A DNA stretch of 64,000 nucleotides from Macrostomum lignano (GCA_002269645.1 NIVC01000617.1:310001-374000), one strand, 5' to 3'. Numbered from the stretch's first letter, positions 35,293-51,285 are shown. The notes: generated by a model from the sequence alone, not told the origin. A program made the numbers and translations.

Positions 35293-35679
35293 TGTACAAG
35301 GCCTTTATTACAGTAAGAATTTGTTGAAGAGATAAAGTACTTGCAGCCTTGCATATCATAATATCTGACTTTCTAAGTATTTACCAGATAATTTTATTTT
35401 GAGAATTCTATCAATTTTATCTTTTAGTTGACTACTAGCGTAATTATCTTGCCGGTAGTAGGAATATAAAACAGGTAACTTTAGAAGTTACTATTTAACA
35501 GGGGTTTTCCAAATTAACAGTTGACTGTCTTATTTACCACGAGTTAGAAATACAAGCTTAAAAATAAAATAGAATTCGAATTTTATTGTGATATTGCATC
35601 AGAAGTGGTTTGTTGAGAGGTGAGAGAGTGAAGTAGAGACAGATCGAAAATAAAAGAAAGGTTTTGTGAGAGAGATGGT

Positions 35680-36462
35680 AGAGAGTTACAGAAAGGTAGT
35701 GAGGGAAAGAAATAGAGGGAAGAGAGGCAGAGAGGGACAGAAAGAGAGAGAGAGAGAGGGAGAGGGAGAGGGAGAGAGGGAGAGGAAGAGAGGGAGAGGG
35801 AGAGAGGGAGAGAGAGAGGGAGAGAGAGGGAGAGGGAGAGAGGGAGAGGGAGAGAGGGAGAGGGAGAGAGGGAGAGAGGGAGAAGGAGAGAGGAGAGAGG
35901 GAGAGGGGAGAGGAAGAGAGGGAAAGAGGGAGAGAGGGAGAGAGGGAAAGGGAGAGAGGGAGAGGGAGAGAGGGAGAGAGGGAGAGGGAGAGAGGGAGAG
36001 GGAGACAGGGAGAGAGGGCGTGGGAGAGAGGGAGAGAGGGAGAGGGAGAGAGGGAGAGGGAGATTGAGAGAGTGAGAGAGGGAGAGGGAGACAGGGAGAG
36101 AGGGAGAGGGAGAGAGGGAGAGGGAGAGGGAGAGAGGGAGAGGAGAGAGGGAGAGGGAGAGAGGGAGAGGGAGAGAGGGAGAGGGAGAGAGGGAGAGAGG
36201 GAGAGAGGGAGAGGGAGAGAGAGAGAGGGAGAGAGGGAGAGAGGGAGAAGGAGAGAGGGAGAGAGGGAGAGAGGGAGAGGAAGAGAGGGAAAGAGGGAGA
36301 GAGGGAGAGGGGGAGAGAGGGAGAGAGGGAGAGACGGAGAGGGAGAGAGGGAGAGGGAGACAGGGAGAGAGGGCGTGGGAGAGAGGGAGAGAGGGAGAGG
36401 GAGAGAGGGAGAGGGAGAGTGAGAGAGTGAGAGAGGGAGAGGGAGACAGGGAGAGAGGGAGA
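35680..36462. repeat. (GA)/(GGAGAGAG)-type purine tract
   Basis: Directly visible. Confidence 0.9.
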
Positions 36463-36494
36463 GCCAGTTCACTGTACAGTTTTCCAAGCGCTCA

Positions 36495-37276
36495 TCAGCG
36501 TCTCAGTCGTTGCAGCGGAACTCTTTGGGCACCAGGCGCAGCACAGCGAAGCCCTGACCGCTTGGCAGGACGTTCGCTCGGCCGGCGAAAGCGCAACCGA
36601 CTCCGCCTCGTTGGTTTGTTGGTTGGTTGGTTGGTTGGTTGGTTGGTTGGTTGGTTGGTTGGTTGGTTGGTTGGTTGGTTGGTTGGTTGGTTGGTTGGTT
36701 GGTTGGTTGGTTGGTTGGTTGGTTGGTTGGTTGGTTGGTTGGTTGGTTGGTTGGTTGGTTGGTTGGTTGGTTGGTTGGTTGGTTGGTTGGTTGGTTGGTT
36801 GGTTGGTTGGTTGGTTGGTTGGTTGGTTGGTTGGTTGGTTGGTTGGTTGGTTGGTTGGTTGGTTGGTTGGTTGGTTGGTTGGTTGGTTGGTTGGTTGGTT
36901 GGTTGGTTAGAAGGCTCTTGCATCACCAGAGCAAGCAACAAACTGTAGAACATCGTGGCCAGCAGTCTGGCATTCAACTGACTATAAAAATCCGGTGCAA
37001 TCCACACTCTCTGGAAGCTGTCCGAGCCAGTTGACAGCACCCTGACCACGTGACTCTCCGACGTCCCATCAGCTCCTGTTGATTCGTCATTGATGATTAG
37101 CAGGCGACAGTTGATGGCTTTGTTAGTTGCCATGGCAACCACTATAGCCGCGCACAGATTCAAGGAGCAGGAGGCGAGACAGTCAATGTCAGACTGGGCA
37201 TTCGGGTCTGTTAGAAATGTGCGGCTCCCAGCAGAGCTGATAGTAATTGAATCAGTCACAGACTTATAGTTCCTCG
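36495..37276 (-). CDS. Possible PAN/apple-like domain protein exon running into an (AACC)n microsatellite; may splice to an upstream exon ending at 37752
   Basis: [21 protein letters not shown]...NCRLL has the C-x3-C-x4-C...C spacing of PAN/apple modules and is followed by a hydrophobic stretch. The phase-1 donor G|GTAAGT at 37751 matches a phase-1 acceptor at 37277. The 3' end is unresolved. Confidence 0.35.
36610..36909. repeat. (TTGG)n microsatellite, about 75 copies
   Basis: Directly visible. Confidence 0.98.
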
Positions 37277-38174
37277 CTGTTCCTCGCTGTCATCTCAGGT
37301 TGAGCAGTATAGAGCTTTCTGAAAGTCATTAGAAAGACATTCGAAAGAACCACTAACAATATATAATGATCTAATTGCTAATCCATGTACTCTAAGTAGA
37401 ATTATAAATAGAATGGATTGCAAATCCATAGCCTATATGTGGATTAACGAATGGAATGTATTAGTATTGAAATCCATAGCCTACGCTCGTATATGTGGAT
37501 TAACAATAGAATGGATTGCTAATCCATTGCCTATATATGGATTAGCGAATATAATAGATTTCTGTCTTGGCTCTGCCTCTCCAAAAATTTATTTTAACTT
37601 ACCTGCGATTATTGCCAGACTAAAAACTATAAAAAAACATTATAAAAGCGTTAAGCGTTTAACTTCGTCTGACTTTATTTTTAGGTTAATCCAATAATTT
37701 TCCAAGTCTTGTGCACAGCGCATTGGGTTTGCTGAAACCTCAGCCACTTACCTGTACTCGCCTCAACAACCAGCTTTTTGCTAAGAGCTCTCAAGAGAAT
37801 CCAATTGTTATCCCCTGAATGGGGATATCTGGCAACATTCCAGAATCTATTCAAATTCTCCATCTTTTGTTTTAATTATCGTTAAAGTAGGACAGAGACA
37901 AAGGGTGATTGAAATTCAATACAATTGCCATTGGTAGCTGAGATAAGCATTCACAGTTTCTGTTTGCAATGTCAACAGACAGACTTGTATTGGCACTTTC
38001 AAGACAATAGGAGCTACTAAGAAGTGAAGAAATTTCTTTAAAAGTTTTACTGAATTTCTACTTTGAATCTTGCTGAAATCCATTTCGGGCTGAGTAGTTT
38101 GGCACCTGGCGTCTTCTGTTTAAACAAAGTTTGCGTGGGCCTCCTGCTGCGCAAGCACGTAACTACCTATCAAC

Positions 38175-38625
38175 TTAACCTACCCAAAAGCCTACCTACA
38201 TGTACATCGCTCCTCCCTACCTACCCATCTTTTTACCTACCTACCTACCTACCTACCTACCTACCTACCTACCTACCTACCTACCTACCTACCTACCTGC
38301 CTACCTACCTACCTACCTACCTACCTACCTACCTACCTACCACCTATCTACCTACCTACCAACCTTCTTACCTACATATTTACTTGCCTCCCTAGCTACC
38401 TACCTGCCTACCTATCTACCTACCTAGCAACCTACTTACCTGCCTACCTACCTACCTACCTTAACTGCCTACCTACCTACCTACCAACCTACCAACCTAA
38501 TAACCTACCTACCTACCTACCTACCTACCTAACTACCTAGCTACCTAGCTACCTACCTACCTACTTGCCTACCTACCTATCTACCTACCTATCAATTCTT
38601 ACTTACCTAACTACCTACCTGTCTA
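38175..38625. repeat. Degenerate (CTAC)n microsatellite
   Basis: Directly visible. Confidence 0.93.
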
Positions 38626-39182
38626 CCTCGTAGTCGAGACTGGTTAGCTATAGATAGACTAATTGACTGTTAGACAAAAATTCTAAAATTAATAACATTT
38701 CCTACGACATAGATAGATAGAGACGACTCCTTATTAGTATAATTGGATGCTATCTTTTGGACTATTTGTAACAGTCCAAAAGATGGGCTGTAGTTAGTGT
38801 CGGACTGGGGCAGGGGTTATTAGTTATTATTATTATTATTATCTGTTAGATACGAATCTCCAATAATGTTAGATACTTTGTTCTAGCGCTACCTGTCAGA
38901 TAAGGGAATGGCTGGTTAACTAAATATCACCTAGCTCTGATAAAAGAGACGATCTTCAGGGTGCCTTAAAATCGGGCCATTGACGCTAAAATTTCAGCAA
39001 ATGTCGATGGGAATATCGGAGGTTAGCAAATGGAACCATTCGACTCCTAGTTAATATGACAACAATATGACAAAAGCCTATAGCCTCTCATGGCAACGGC
39101 ACGCAGTCTCCAAAGAAGCATTGGGCAACTCACTCTAGTCATCGTCTTATCTTATTTGAACTGTTACTGCATGTTAGATGTT

Positions 39183-39355
39183 AGATAGATAGTGTCACCT
39201 GTTAGACAGAAGTGTCACCTGTTAGACAGAAGTGTCACCTGTTAGACAGAAGTGTCACCTGTTAGACAGAAGTGTCACCTGTTAGACAGGATCGAGTGTT
39301 ATCTGTTAGACAGAAGTGTCACCTGTTAGACAGGATCGAGTGTTTTCTGTTAGAC
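39183..39355. repeat. 20-bp tandem repeat (GTGTCACCTGTTAGACAGAA)n, about 7 copies
   Basis: Directly visible. Confidence 0.88.
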
Positions 39356-39518
39356 ATGAATCTTTAATTTTAAAACAGGAGTGGCACCTGTTTAACACAG
39401 TCTTTTATATTTAATTAAGGAGTTTGAAAACAAGCTGAAAAAATTCAGAAAAGCTTTACTTATTACTTTTAGAAGAAGCAATGTCCCGATTTCAATCGCT
39501 ACGAGAAACATTAAAAAA

Positions 39519-40558
39519 TTAAGCAATACATGAAGCTATATTTTGCATGTCCAATTGTCTATGGTTACTCAGTAGTGAATTAAGCAATACATGAAGCTAT
39601 ATTTTGCATGTCCAATTGTCTATGGTTATTCAGTAGTGAATTAAGCAATACATGAAGCTATATTTTGCGTGTCCAATTGTCTATGGTTATTCAGTAGTTA
39701 ATTCAACAATACATGAGGCTATGTTTTGCATATGTCCAATTGTCTATGGTTATTCAGTAGTTAATTCAACAATACATGAGGCTATATTTTGCATATGTCC
39801 AATTGTCTATGGTTATTCAGTAGTGAATTAAGCAATACATGAAGCTATATTTTGCGTGTCCAATTGTCTATGGTTATTCAGTAGTGAATTCAACAATACA
39901 TGAGGCTATATTTTGCGTGTCCAATTGTCTATGGTTATTCAGTAGTGAATTCAACAATACATGAGGCTATATTTTGCGTGTCCAATTGTCTATGGTTATT
40001 CAGTAGTGAATTCAACAACACATGAGGCTATATTTTGCGTGTCCAATTGTCTATGGTTATTCAGTTCAACAATACATGAGGCTATATTTTGCATATGTCC
40101 AATTGTCTATGGTTATTCAGTAGTGAATTAAGCAATACATGAAGCTATATTTTGCATGTACAATTGTCTATGGTTATTCAGTAGTGAATTCAACAATACA
40201 TGAGGCTATATTTTGCGTGTTTAATTGTCTATGGTTATTCAGTAGTGAATTCAACAATACATGAGGCTATCCCTAGAGACAGACAATGCAAATTAAACGA
40301 GATTATAATATATTATATTTTTTGCAGAAAAATGCGCTTTTACTGCATTATATGGTTGTAATGCATTTTAAAGCATTTATAATCCATTATAAACAGCATA
40401 ATGTATTCAAAATGCATTATTCTGCAAAAAATATAATATATTATAATCTCATTTAATTTGCATTGTCAGTCTCCAGGGATATTTTGCGTGTCCAATTGTC
40501 TATGGTTATTCAGTAGTTAATTCAACAATACATGAGGCTATATTTTGCACGTCCAATT
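39519..40558. repeat. 61-bp minisatellite (AAGCAATACATGAAGCTATATTTTGCATGTCCAATTGTCTATGGTTATTCAGTAGTGAATT), interrupted by a MITE and a P-like element; its last unit resumes at 42894
   Basis: Period 61 measured at 39521, 39582 and 39643; some units are 63 bp. Confidence 0.95.
40271..40478. mobile_element. 208-bp MITE with long TIRs (CCCTAGAGACAGACAATGCAAATTAAA... / ...TTTAATTTGCATTGTCAGTCTCCAGGG) and an apparent 2-bp AT target duplication
   Basis: About 60 bp of near-perfect inverted ends. The host unit GAGGCTATATTTTGC is split as GAGGCTAT[element]ATATTTTGC. Confidence 0.85.
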
Positions 40559-42893
40559 CAAGGACTACTTAAGAACACAGGACGTTACACTTGCAAATAT
40601 TGGCAGAATTCTAAAAGGCCGCTTTGAATGCATGTGTCTATTGTTTTAGTGGCCTTTTTGCTATTTGAAGCAATGGTAGAGTGCATTGTATTTATACTTT
40701 CACTCAGCGCTCAGTCATTATTCCACACTTTTGCGGCCATTATTCCACACTTGTCGCTGTCATTATTCCACACTTTTTATCATGCTTCAATTAGCTGTTT
40801 TAAGAGTTGTTTTACCCATAGACGACTGAGTTGTGTGGCTTAGTTTGACCATAACTATGGCTATAGTGCATCTCGTCAAACAGCCGCGCTTATTAATTGA
40901 AAAAATCTTCCTGTCGACGACTGAACGAACCGTGCGGCGCTACCGCACCGCACCGCTACCGCAGGAAGAAAACGCGACCATACAGTCTTCAACGCCTCGA
41001 CGGCTATAAACGATGCCTGAAAGCGGTGAATCGATTCAGTCGAGCAGCCGACAGTCCCAAAGAATCCCAGCTTGGATACTGCGGTACCAAAGAAGCTCAT
41101 CAGACGAAGCTCATCAGTCGCATGCCAACTTAACCAAGACGTGCATCTTTCAAATGGTAAGTTCGGCAACTATACTTGAGCACCTGTATTCCTCTTTCAT
41201 AGAAAACATTCAACATAGACCAACTCCTTTTGCAGTGCCAAATCATCAGGCTAAAGTGTCGAGCATCTTTGGAAACTGCGGCTTTGAGAACTGTGCAAAT
41301 GGGTGACAAATTGATTTTTACATTGTCAAATTTCAACTACAAACTGATAAACTGCACTAGCTGTGACATTTATTATTAACTCTTTTCGTGTAGCTGGTAC
41401 TTTAGTTTTAATGATTTTTCCTTTTTGTTCATTCACTTCTTGTTGTTCTGTATTTATTAACAAAAATACTGAGCGATGGATTTTTTCAATCCAAATGTCT
41501 ATGGTACACATCAAAACTGTGGAATAATGGCCAAAATATTTTTTCATTGCGTCTGGGTAAAAGTATAATTACAATGTGTATAATACATAAATAGAAATTA
41601 AAGCCTAGTGAATAAGTATAAGATATTCTATGGGTTTTTCGGTCGGTATTTCACTTAAATCCCTCGAGCCTTACATAAAATATGTAAGTTTCGAGTTTAC
41701 ATAGAATATCTTATTTAAACTACTTTAATTTTGCGGGATGTATTCAGATAAATCCCGGAGCCATACGTGTATGTCTATGGTTGAAGTTGGGGATGGGGGT
41801 GTGGGGGCGAAGCCCCTGCTGGGGGTGTGGGGGCGAAGCCCCCACATTCTTACCATAGACAAAATTTCATTAAGAAATTTCTCGAGTCACGAAGGAAGAG
41901 AAGAGAGAAGCTCGCATATTTAGATACATACAATAATCCTTGCAACATGTCCGGGAAAGTGATCGATTAAATCCCGCAAAATTAAATCTATGTCAATAAC
42001 CTCCCTGAAAGGGAGCTTTAAAGTGGTTTAAAGCTTTTTATATGCATGTATACCGACAAAATATTTATATTTTCTCCAAAAGGTGATCGTGAACAGGGTG
42101 TAGAAGTTTAACAAAAAACGAAGAAATACCCAAAAATAACAAGAATGACAATATTGAATGATAGGAACTACACTTGGTCAACAATAATAATACTTATTCG
42201 CTCATTTCCCGATTCATGGACTTGTTTAAAATGTAGAAGCAACACGATGGTAGCAAAGATGACAGTGAAAATAGTAATAAATTCGTCACAAAGTTAATCG
42301 GAGTTTAATTTTCGTAACCGTCTTGCACCAACACCGCTTTGATGTCTCTCAGTTTCAGATTCCTTTCTTACTAAACCCTTGTAAAAGGAATTTGCAAACC
42401 GGCGAGATATTCTTATAAGTAGCTCGTTGCCAAGTGCAATATCCAAAAAAGAGTCGAAAATTCTCAGAAACACATTAACTGAACTGTTAACGCAACGCTG
42501 TCCGGAGCCGAGAAAGAAGACGTAGAAGAACCTAGCATACACAACAAGCCATTCTGGCGGATGACTCAATTTTCCGCGAGACACCAACTTTGTGAACTCA
42601 CAGCTGTTGTCTGTAGCATATGCCTCGGTGCTTTTCCCGGACAAATTTTCCTTGTACGAGACATAACCGCTATATAGTAAATAGAAGCTTTCTCTTCATC
42701 AGAGAGTTCAGCGGCAGACCGGTTGGTGGGTGCTCTAACGTAGACTTATGGGTTATGAGTATCATGCTACGCTGCGATGCGAATTACTAAGCAAAAAGGC
42801 CACTAAAACCATAGACACATGCATTCAAAGCGGCCTTTTAGAATTCTGCCAATATTTGCAAGTGTAACGTCCTGTGTTCTTAAGTAGTCCTTG
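40559..42893 (-). mobile_element. Internally deleted P-element-superfamily DNA transposon, 2335 bp
   Basis: 104-bp TIRs starting CAAGGACTACTTAAG (40559-40662 and 42790-42893, one mismatch). Exact 8-bp TSD GTCCAATT at 40551-40558 and 42894-42901. Carries a transposase C-terminal remnant. Confidence 0.9.
42294..42712 (-). pseudogene. Frameshifted C-terminal fragment of a P-element/THAP9-like transposase
   Basis: ELSDEEKASIYYIA-(1-bp deletion near 42669)-GYVSYKENL...EFTKLVSRGKLSHPPEW...RRFANSFYKG resembles the YIAGY and SRGxLxxP motifs of P-type transposase C-termini, recognised by eye. No THAP or catalytic region lies upstream. Confidence 0.7.
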
Positions 42894-43629
42894 GTCCAAT
42901 TGTCTATGGTTATTCCGTTTGGAATTAAGCGCAGTATATATTAAGAGAACTCTGATTTGAATAAATTTCAGCTGTTTAAAGAAAATGTATTCTTATATTT
43001 TAAAGAGATCCGAGATCTGCATTTATTTAGTTTAAATATTGTTGCCTTATCTACAAGATTTTAAATTTTAGACGAATGGATAACTATTCGAAAAAAACTT
43101 TTAATAGCTAGTAAAGTAGTAAACAGAAAAAAAACGAAAAAAGAAACTCTTAGCTAGAGACACAGAAAACGGACATGACCGCATGCTAATTATATGCACA
43201 TAATACTACTGCCGTTGAGTAATACAGTAGGAACACTATACTAATGCAAATATAACAATTGCAACACAAAGCACTGCAAGCAAAGTGTAGTCCAGTGCTA
43301 AAACAGGGCAAGCCAAAGCATGCTTAAACAGCAAATTGTAAAGAAAAAGCAAACAGAAAATTGTCAATATTCGAATAAATAAATTCGAGGTAAGAGTCTA
43401 CTAAAATTGCTATAAAAGATTGTAACTAACTGAATGAATTACCACAGTGGAGTAAGTAGAGTACACTAAAATTAAAAACGAAGCTGCCGAGCAAATATTA
43501 ATAATAATTTGCTTTATAAAATCAAATAACTAAGTGACTAGAAATTTTGTTAACGGCGTGCCAGCGGACACCAATATAAGTATCCGTGACACCCCTGACA
43601 CAAAACGAAGGACTCGACAACGCAATACG

Positions 43630-43945
43630 AAACCTCTGACATACAATACAGAACCACTGACACAATACAGAGCCCCTGACACACAATACAGAATCCCTGA
43701 CACACAATACAGAATCCCTGACACACAATACAGAATCCCTGACACACAATACAGAAACCCTGACACACAATACAGAAACCCTGACACAAAATACAGAGCC
43801 CCTGACACACAATACAGAGCCCATGACACACAATACAGAGGCCTTGACACACAATACAGAGCCCCTGACACACAATACAGAGCCCATGACACACAATACA
43901 GAGCCCATGACACACAATACAGAGGCCTTGACACACAATACAGAA
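43630..43945. repeat. 21-bp minisatellite (CCCTGACACACAATACAGAGC)n, about 14 copies
   Basis: Directly visible; source of the overlapping ORFs 43522-43965. Confidence 0.93.
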
Positions 43946-44088
43946 TCATTTCTCATTTGCGATAGATTGTGCTACACTGTGCACAGAGACAGAGAGGATG
44001 GAAGCCATATTTGAAATAGAGTTGCATTAGCTATGGAAAACATGGAAGATTATATAGCTTTTTGAGACAATAGCTGGTAGACAGTAAT

Positions 44089-47313
<3,225 letters not shown>

Positions 47314-49702
47314 CTGAAATATCAGTTTAATTGCAATTTCACTTTAATAGAAACCTGATGATAATTTGTATAAGCAGGAAGCTGAAAAACAAACTGAATC
47401 CTTGACAAAAAGTACCTAAAAAGAGATCAGCAAAAAAAATTAAACTTTTTGTATGAAAAAATTTCTGAAACAAAAAATTAACTAATTTATTAGTCTAACT
47501 ATAAATTAATTTAAAAATAACATTTGTTATAAAAATTTATGAGGAATGGAACTTTTAATAGTTTAAATCAACATTTGTTATAAAGCTACGATTTTGGCTA
47601 AATATTGATTTTATAAAATAGACTTAAATTGATATTAGCTATTATCAAAATCAAAAGAAATTGCAGATAATACAAATACTAGGCCTATAAAACCCACCCA
47701 TATGAGTCATGAAGTCATAAGCTTTAAAGGTTGCTAAATTTGCAGTGCCAAAACTTAAGATTTGGGGGTTTGAGTAATTCTTTATGCAATACTATGACTA
47801 TAAATAATATTGCAAAAGTGACAATTTGTAATTTTAGCTCAGCTGTAAACTTCAAAAATTTGGCTAGGTAGTTAGAAAGTCGATTTGGTTACTGAACATA
47901 AGTTTCATATAGCAGATATCTAGATAGATCTTTAATGCTAACTGCTTTAAGGTTATACTTTACTCGAGTTGCTTTGAAAGGTAATTATAGCACATGCCAA
48001 GGTCAAGGATAAGAGATTTAGTATATTAGATTTAGTTGAAAACTTGAATGTATGCATAGAGCATATTTTGGAGCCCACAGTAACGTAACTACAGCTTAGT
48101 ATAGTGTTTAGGAGGGTTTAAAATGTTATTTTAAGATTATAAAATTCTAGAATTGTTTCAAATCGGATCCTCGATCCCCAGATAAAAAATTAATCTTCTC
48201 GTTTGAACGATTTAGAATTTGGAATTTTATATTGGGATCTAACTCGATTAGGCGGGTCATGATCACAGGGGCTATGTGAACTCGATAAAAGAAAGCAATT
48301 TTCAAAATTCCAAAAACTTTAGTTTCATTGACTGACTTAAAAAAAGTTTAAACAATAATATTCACTTTAACATTTTTCCTTTAATAATTGCTATAGTTTA
48401 CATTTTCTAAATTTTCAACAATATATACAGAAAGAAATTTTGTTTACATACGATAGATTCGGCAAGAAATTTAATATCATCTTCTTTAATAATAAATTTT
48501 TTTAATCCTAAAATAAATCTTCAGTAGTCAACACTCTGGACAGAATTATCACCTTCAGTGACTTTAATTAAAGTGGTTGATTTCTTTATAATTTATATTT
48601 TATTTGGACTACTGAAGTAAATTTCTGAACCATTAGGGCTTAACCACCCACTGTCCAGGTTGTCTTTACCACTTTACATTCAACAAGTAAAAATTAAAAA
48701 AATGAAAATGAAAAATGAAGTGAAAATTTCACTTCAGTGTAAGTGAAAGCCCACTTTGTTTAGTGTTAGGCCTACATCTCGATCTCGGCACCCTCTCGGC
48801 TGCCTTGCTTTTGCTAGTTTCCTGATTATATATATTAGGTGCCATGCCATAGGAGTTAATTTATAGGCCTATCTACGACTACACTTTTGTCTCTGCATTT
48901 TGCATATTGTAGGCCTATTTGTAATGTAGGCCTTGGTGGTTCTAGTAGAGTAGGGCCTATGCTATTATTAGTTAGGCCTAGGGCCTAATATTAGTTAGGG
49001 GCTTCAGCTCAGCCTCAGGCCTAGTCTAGGGTGGAAATTTATCCCAAAAGCAAATAGGCCTAATCCATTCTGTGTAGAAAGTAGGCCTAAAAAACTTCAA
49101 TGTGAATGTGCATTAGTGCATATGCACAAACTTCATTAAAAATATAAATATTGTAGGGCCTATACTAGCGGTTCTCAACCTTTTTTAGGCAACCCTAGGC
49201 CTAATTTATATTTATTTACTTGAATCATTTTTTTATGTTTGTGACCCATTTTATACTCAATATAATGCATCAATAAGTATGACATACTCACACATTTCTT
49301 AGTGCTGCAACCTCCAGAAAATGGTCACGCAACCCCATTAGGGGTTGTGACCCATAGGTTAAGAACCACTGTTATATAGTACTAGGCCTAAAGTCTAAAG
49401 CTTAAAGTCTGAGGCCTAGTAAGGGAACTTTAATAAGCCTTAAATTTGAAATATTTGGAACTAGTCTCAGCTAATATTACCATTGCTACAGGCTAAGAAA
49501 TGTAAATTTCATAGTATAGCTATATTTAAATGAATAAATACAATGATTATATGCATTCTTCTGGCAAAAAATACAAATTGTTTTGCAGATTTTTTTCTAG
49601 GCTCTTGATATATAATGTATAATCTAACCTATAATGCAATTCAAGTTCAAGTATTTTATATAGTACTTCTAACTTTTTTAAAACAAAAATAATGTTGTTT
49701 TT

Positions 49703-50489
49703 GGCTCATTCCATATAAGCATGGTCGTAACATGACAGGCTATTTTTACTTATAAAATGAAATATAATAATAGAATATACTAAACCAATATTTTAAATGA
49801 AATATAATTTTGTCAAAAATATTTTTATAGAGTTTCATGTATATATCATCATTAGTATAGATGCTATTAAACCTTGAATGGCACTTATGGTCGTAACAAC
49901 AGGATTTTTGACATATAGAAACTAAAAGGTAAAAGTCTTATAACATTTATATTTTTGATATTTTGCAATACATTTTTTAAAATTTGACTAAGAACATCTT
50001 TAGTAATCATACTCTTTTATTAGAATATATAAACTCAAAAAGGCAACAAAGATACAAAAGAAAAGGCAGCCTTATGGTCGTAACATTATGGTCGTAACAT
50101 ATTTTTTTTCTGTCAATTCAGTAACTTTGAGGTACCAATATATTAAAAATATAATAGATTATTTGGTCACCAATACTTTTATCTGATGATGCAAGTACTA
50201 TACTTTTATCTATAGTTTGTTTCAACCTTCCAAAGCTTTCTATTTGTTTTTAAAAGGTACACAAACTTAATGATGTCTTTTGCTTAGAAAAATGTCTAAA
50301 TTTTTACAAAAATGACTTTTTGCCACTTGATAGCATACTAATCTAACATTTATCATTCATTTATTCTTAGATTGTAGATATTACACATAAAAAACATTTG
50401 GTAAAAAAATTGGTTGATAAGGCAATGGCAAGCAAAAATATTGACTTTTTTCTATTTTCCAAAAATGTCTATCTTATATGGAATGAGCC
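49703..50489. mobile_element. 787-bp AT-rich MITE, TIR GGCTCATTCCATATAAG / CTTATATGGAATGAGCC
   Basis: Perfect 17-bp TIR flanked by TTT on both sides (possible 3-bp TSD). GGC termini suggest PIF/Harbinger or Zator (inference). Confidence 0.8.
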
Positions 50490-51285
50490 TTTTAGTTTTT
50501 ATTTAGTTTTTGCTTTTGTTTTTGCTTTTAGTTTTAGTTTTAACTTTTTATTCTTCTTTGTAATTGAGCCTATAGCCAGACTCTAGAAAGTTACATGTAT
50601 GCCAGAAAATTCCAGTCATACAAATGACCCCTTTAAAAGTTGGCATAGGCCTACAACAAATTTTCATGTATAAATTCATGCAATATTTTAGTGTATATAC
50701 TAAAAATCATGCCAAATGTTTTTGCATAAAAATCTTGGCATACAAATTCATGCTGTGCATGAAAATGAAAATTTCATAAAATTAAGGAAAATTTGTACAG
50801 TCTATAAAGTCAGTAATAAACTTTTTGCTTCTGTAAATTAAACAAAAAAATTAGTAAAAATTATTGCTAAAATGTAAATTTTATGTTATTATTTTTATAG
50901 GTATAATTTAAGTTTAAATTTTAAACTTTTAAGGCCCTAAAAATTGTAATATTTTAAAAAGTCTTTTCATATAAAAGCCTTTCTTAAAAAAACTCAACTT
51001 GTAAAAACCAAATGACCTTTTTAAGAAAAATTTAAAATTTTTAGTATATATTCCAAGGATTTTTTGGTATAAATTTGCATAAATTTAGCTAAGATAAGAT
51101 AATTGTTCCAAAATATACTATTCCAAAATCCGGACCCTAGGCCTATAGCAAGTCATACTTACACACTTTCAAGTCTATTAGGTTACATGGTATGCTCAAA
51201 AAAAATGACCTATGGCTATACTATATAAATTCAAATTTATGCCAGAGAACAAATTTACTTGTGATCTATGCTAGACATTTTCAAA

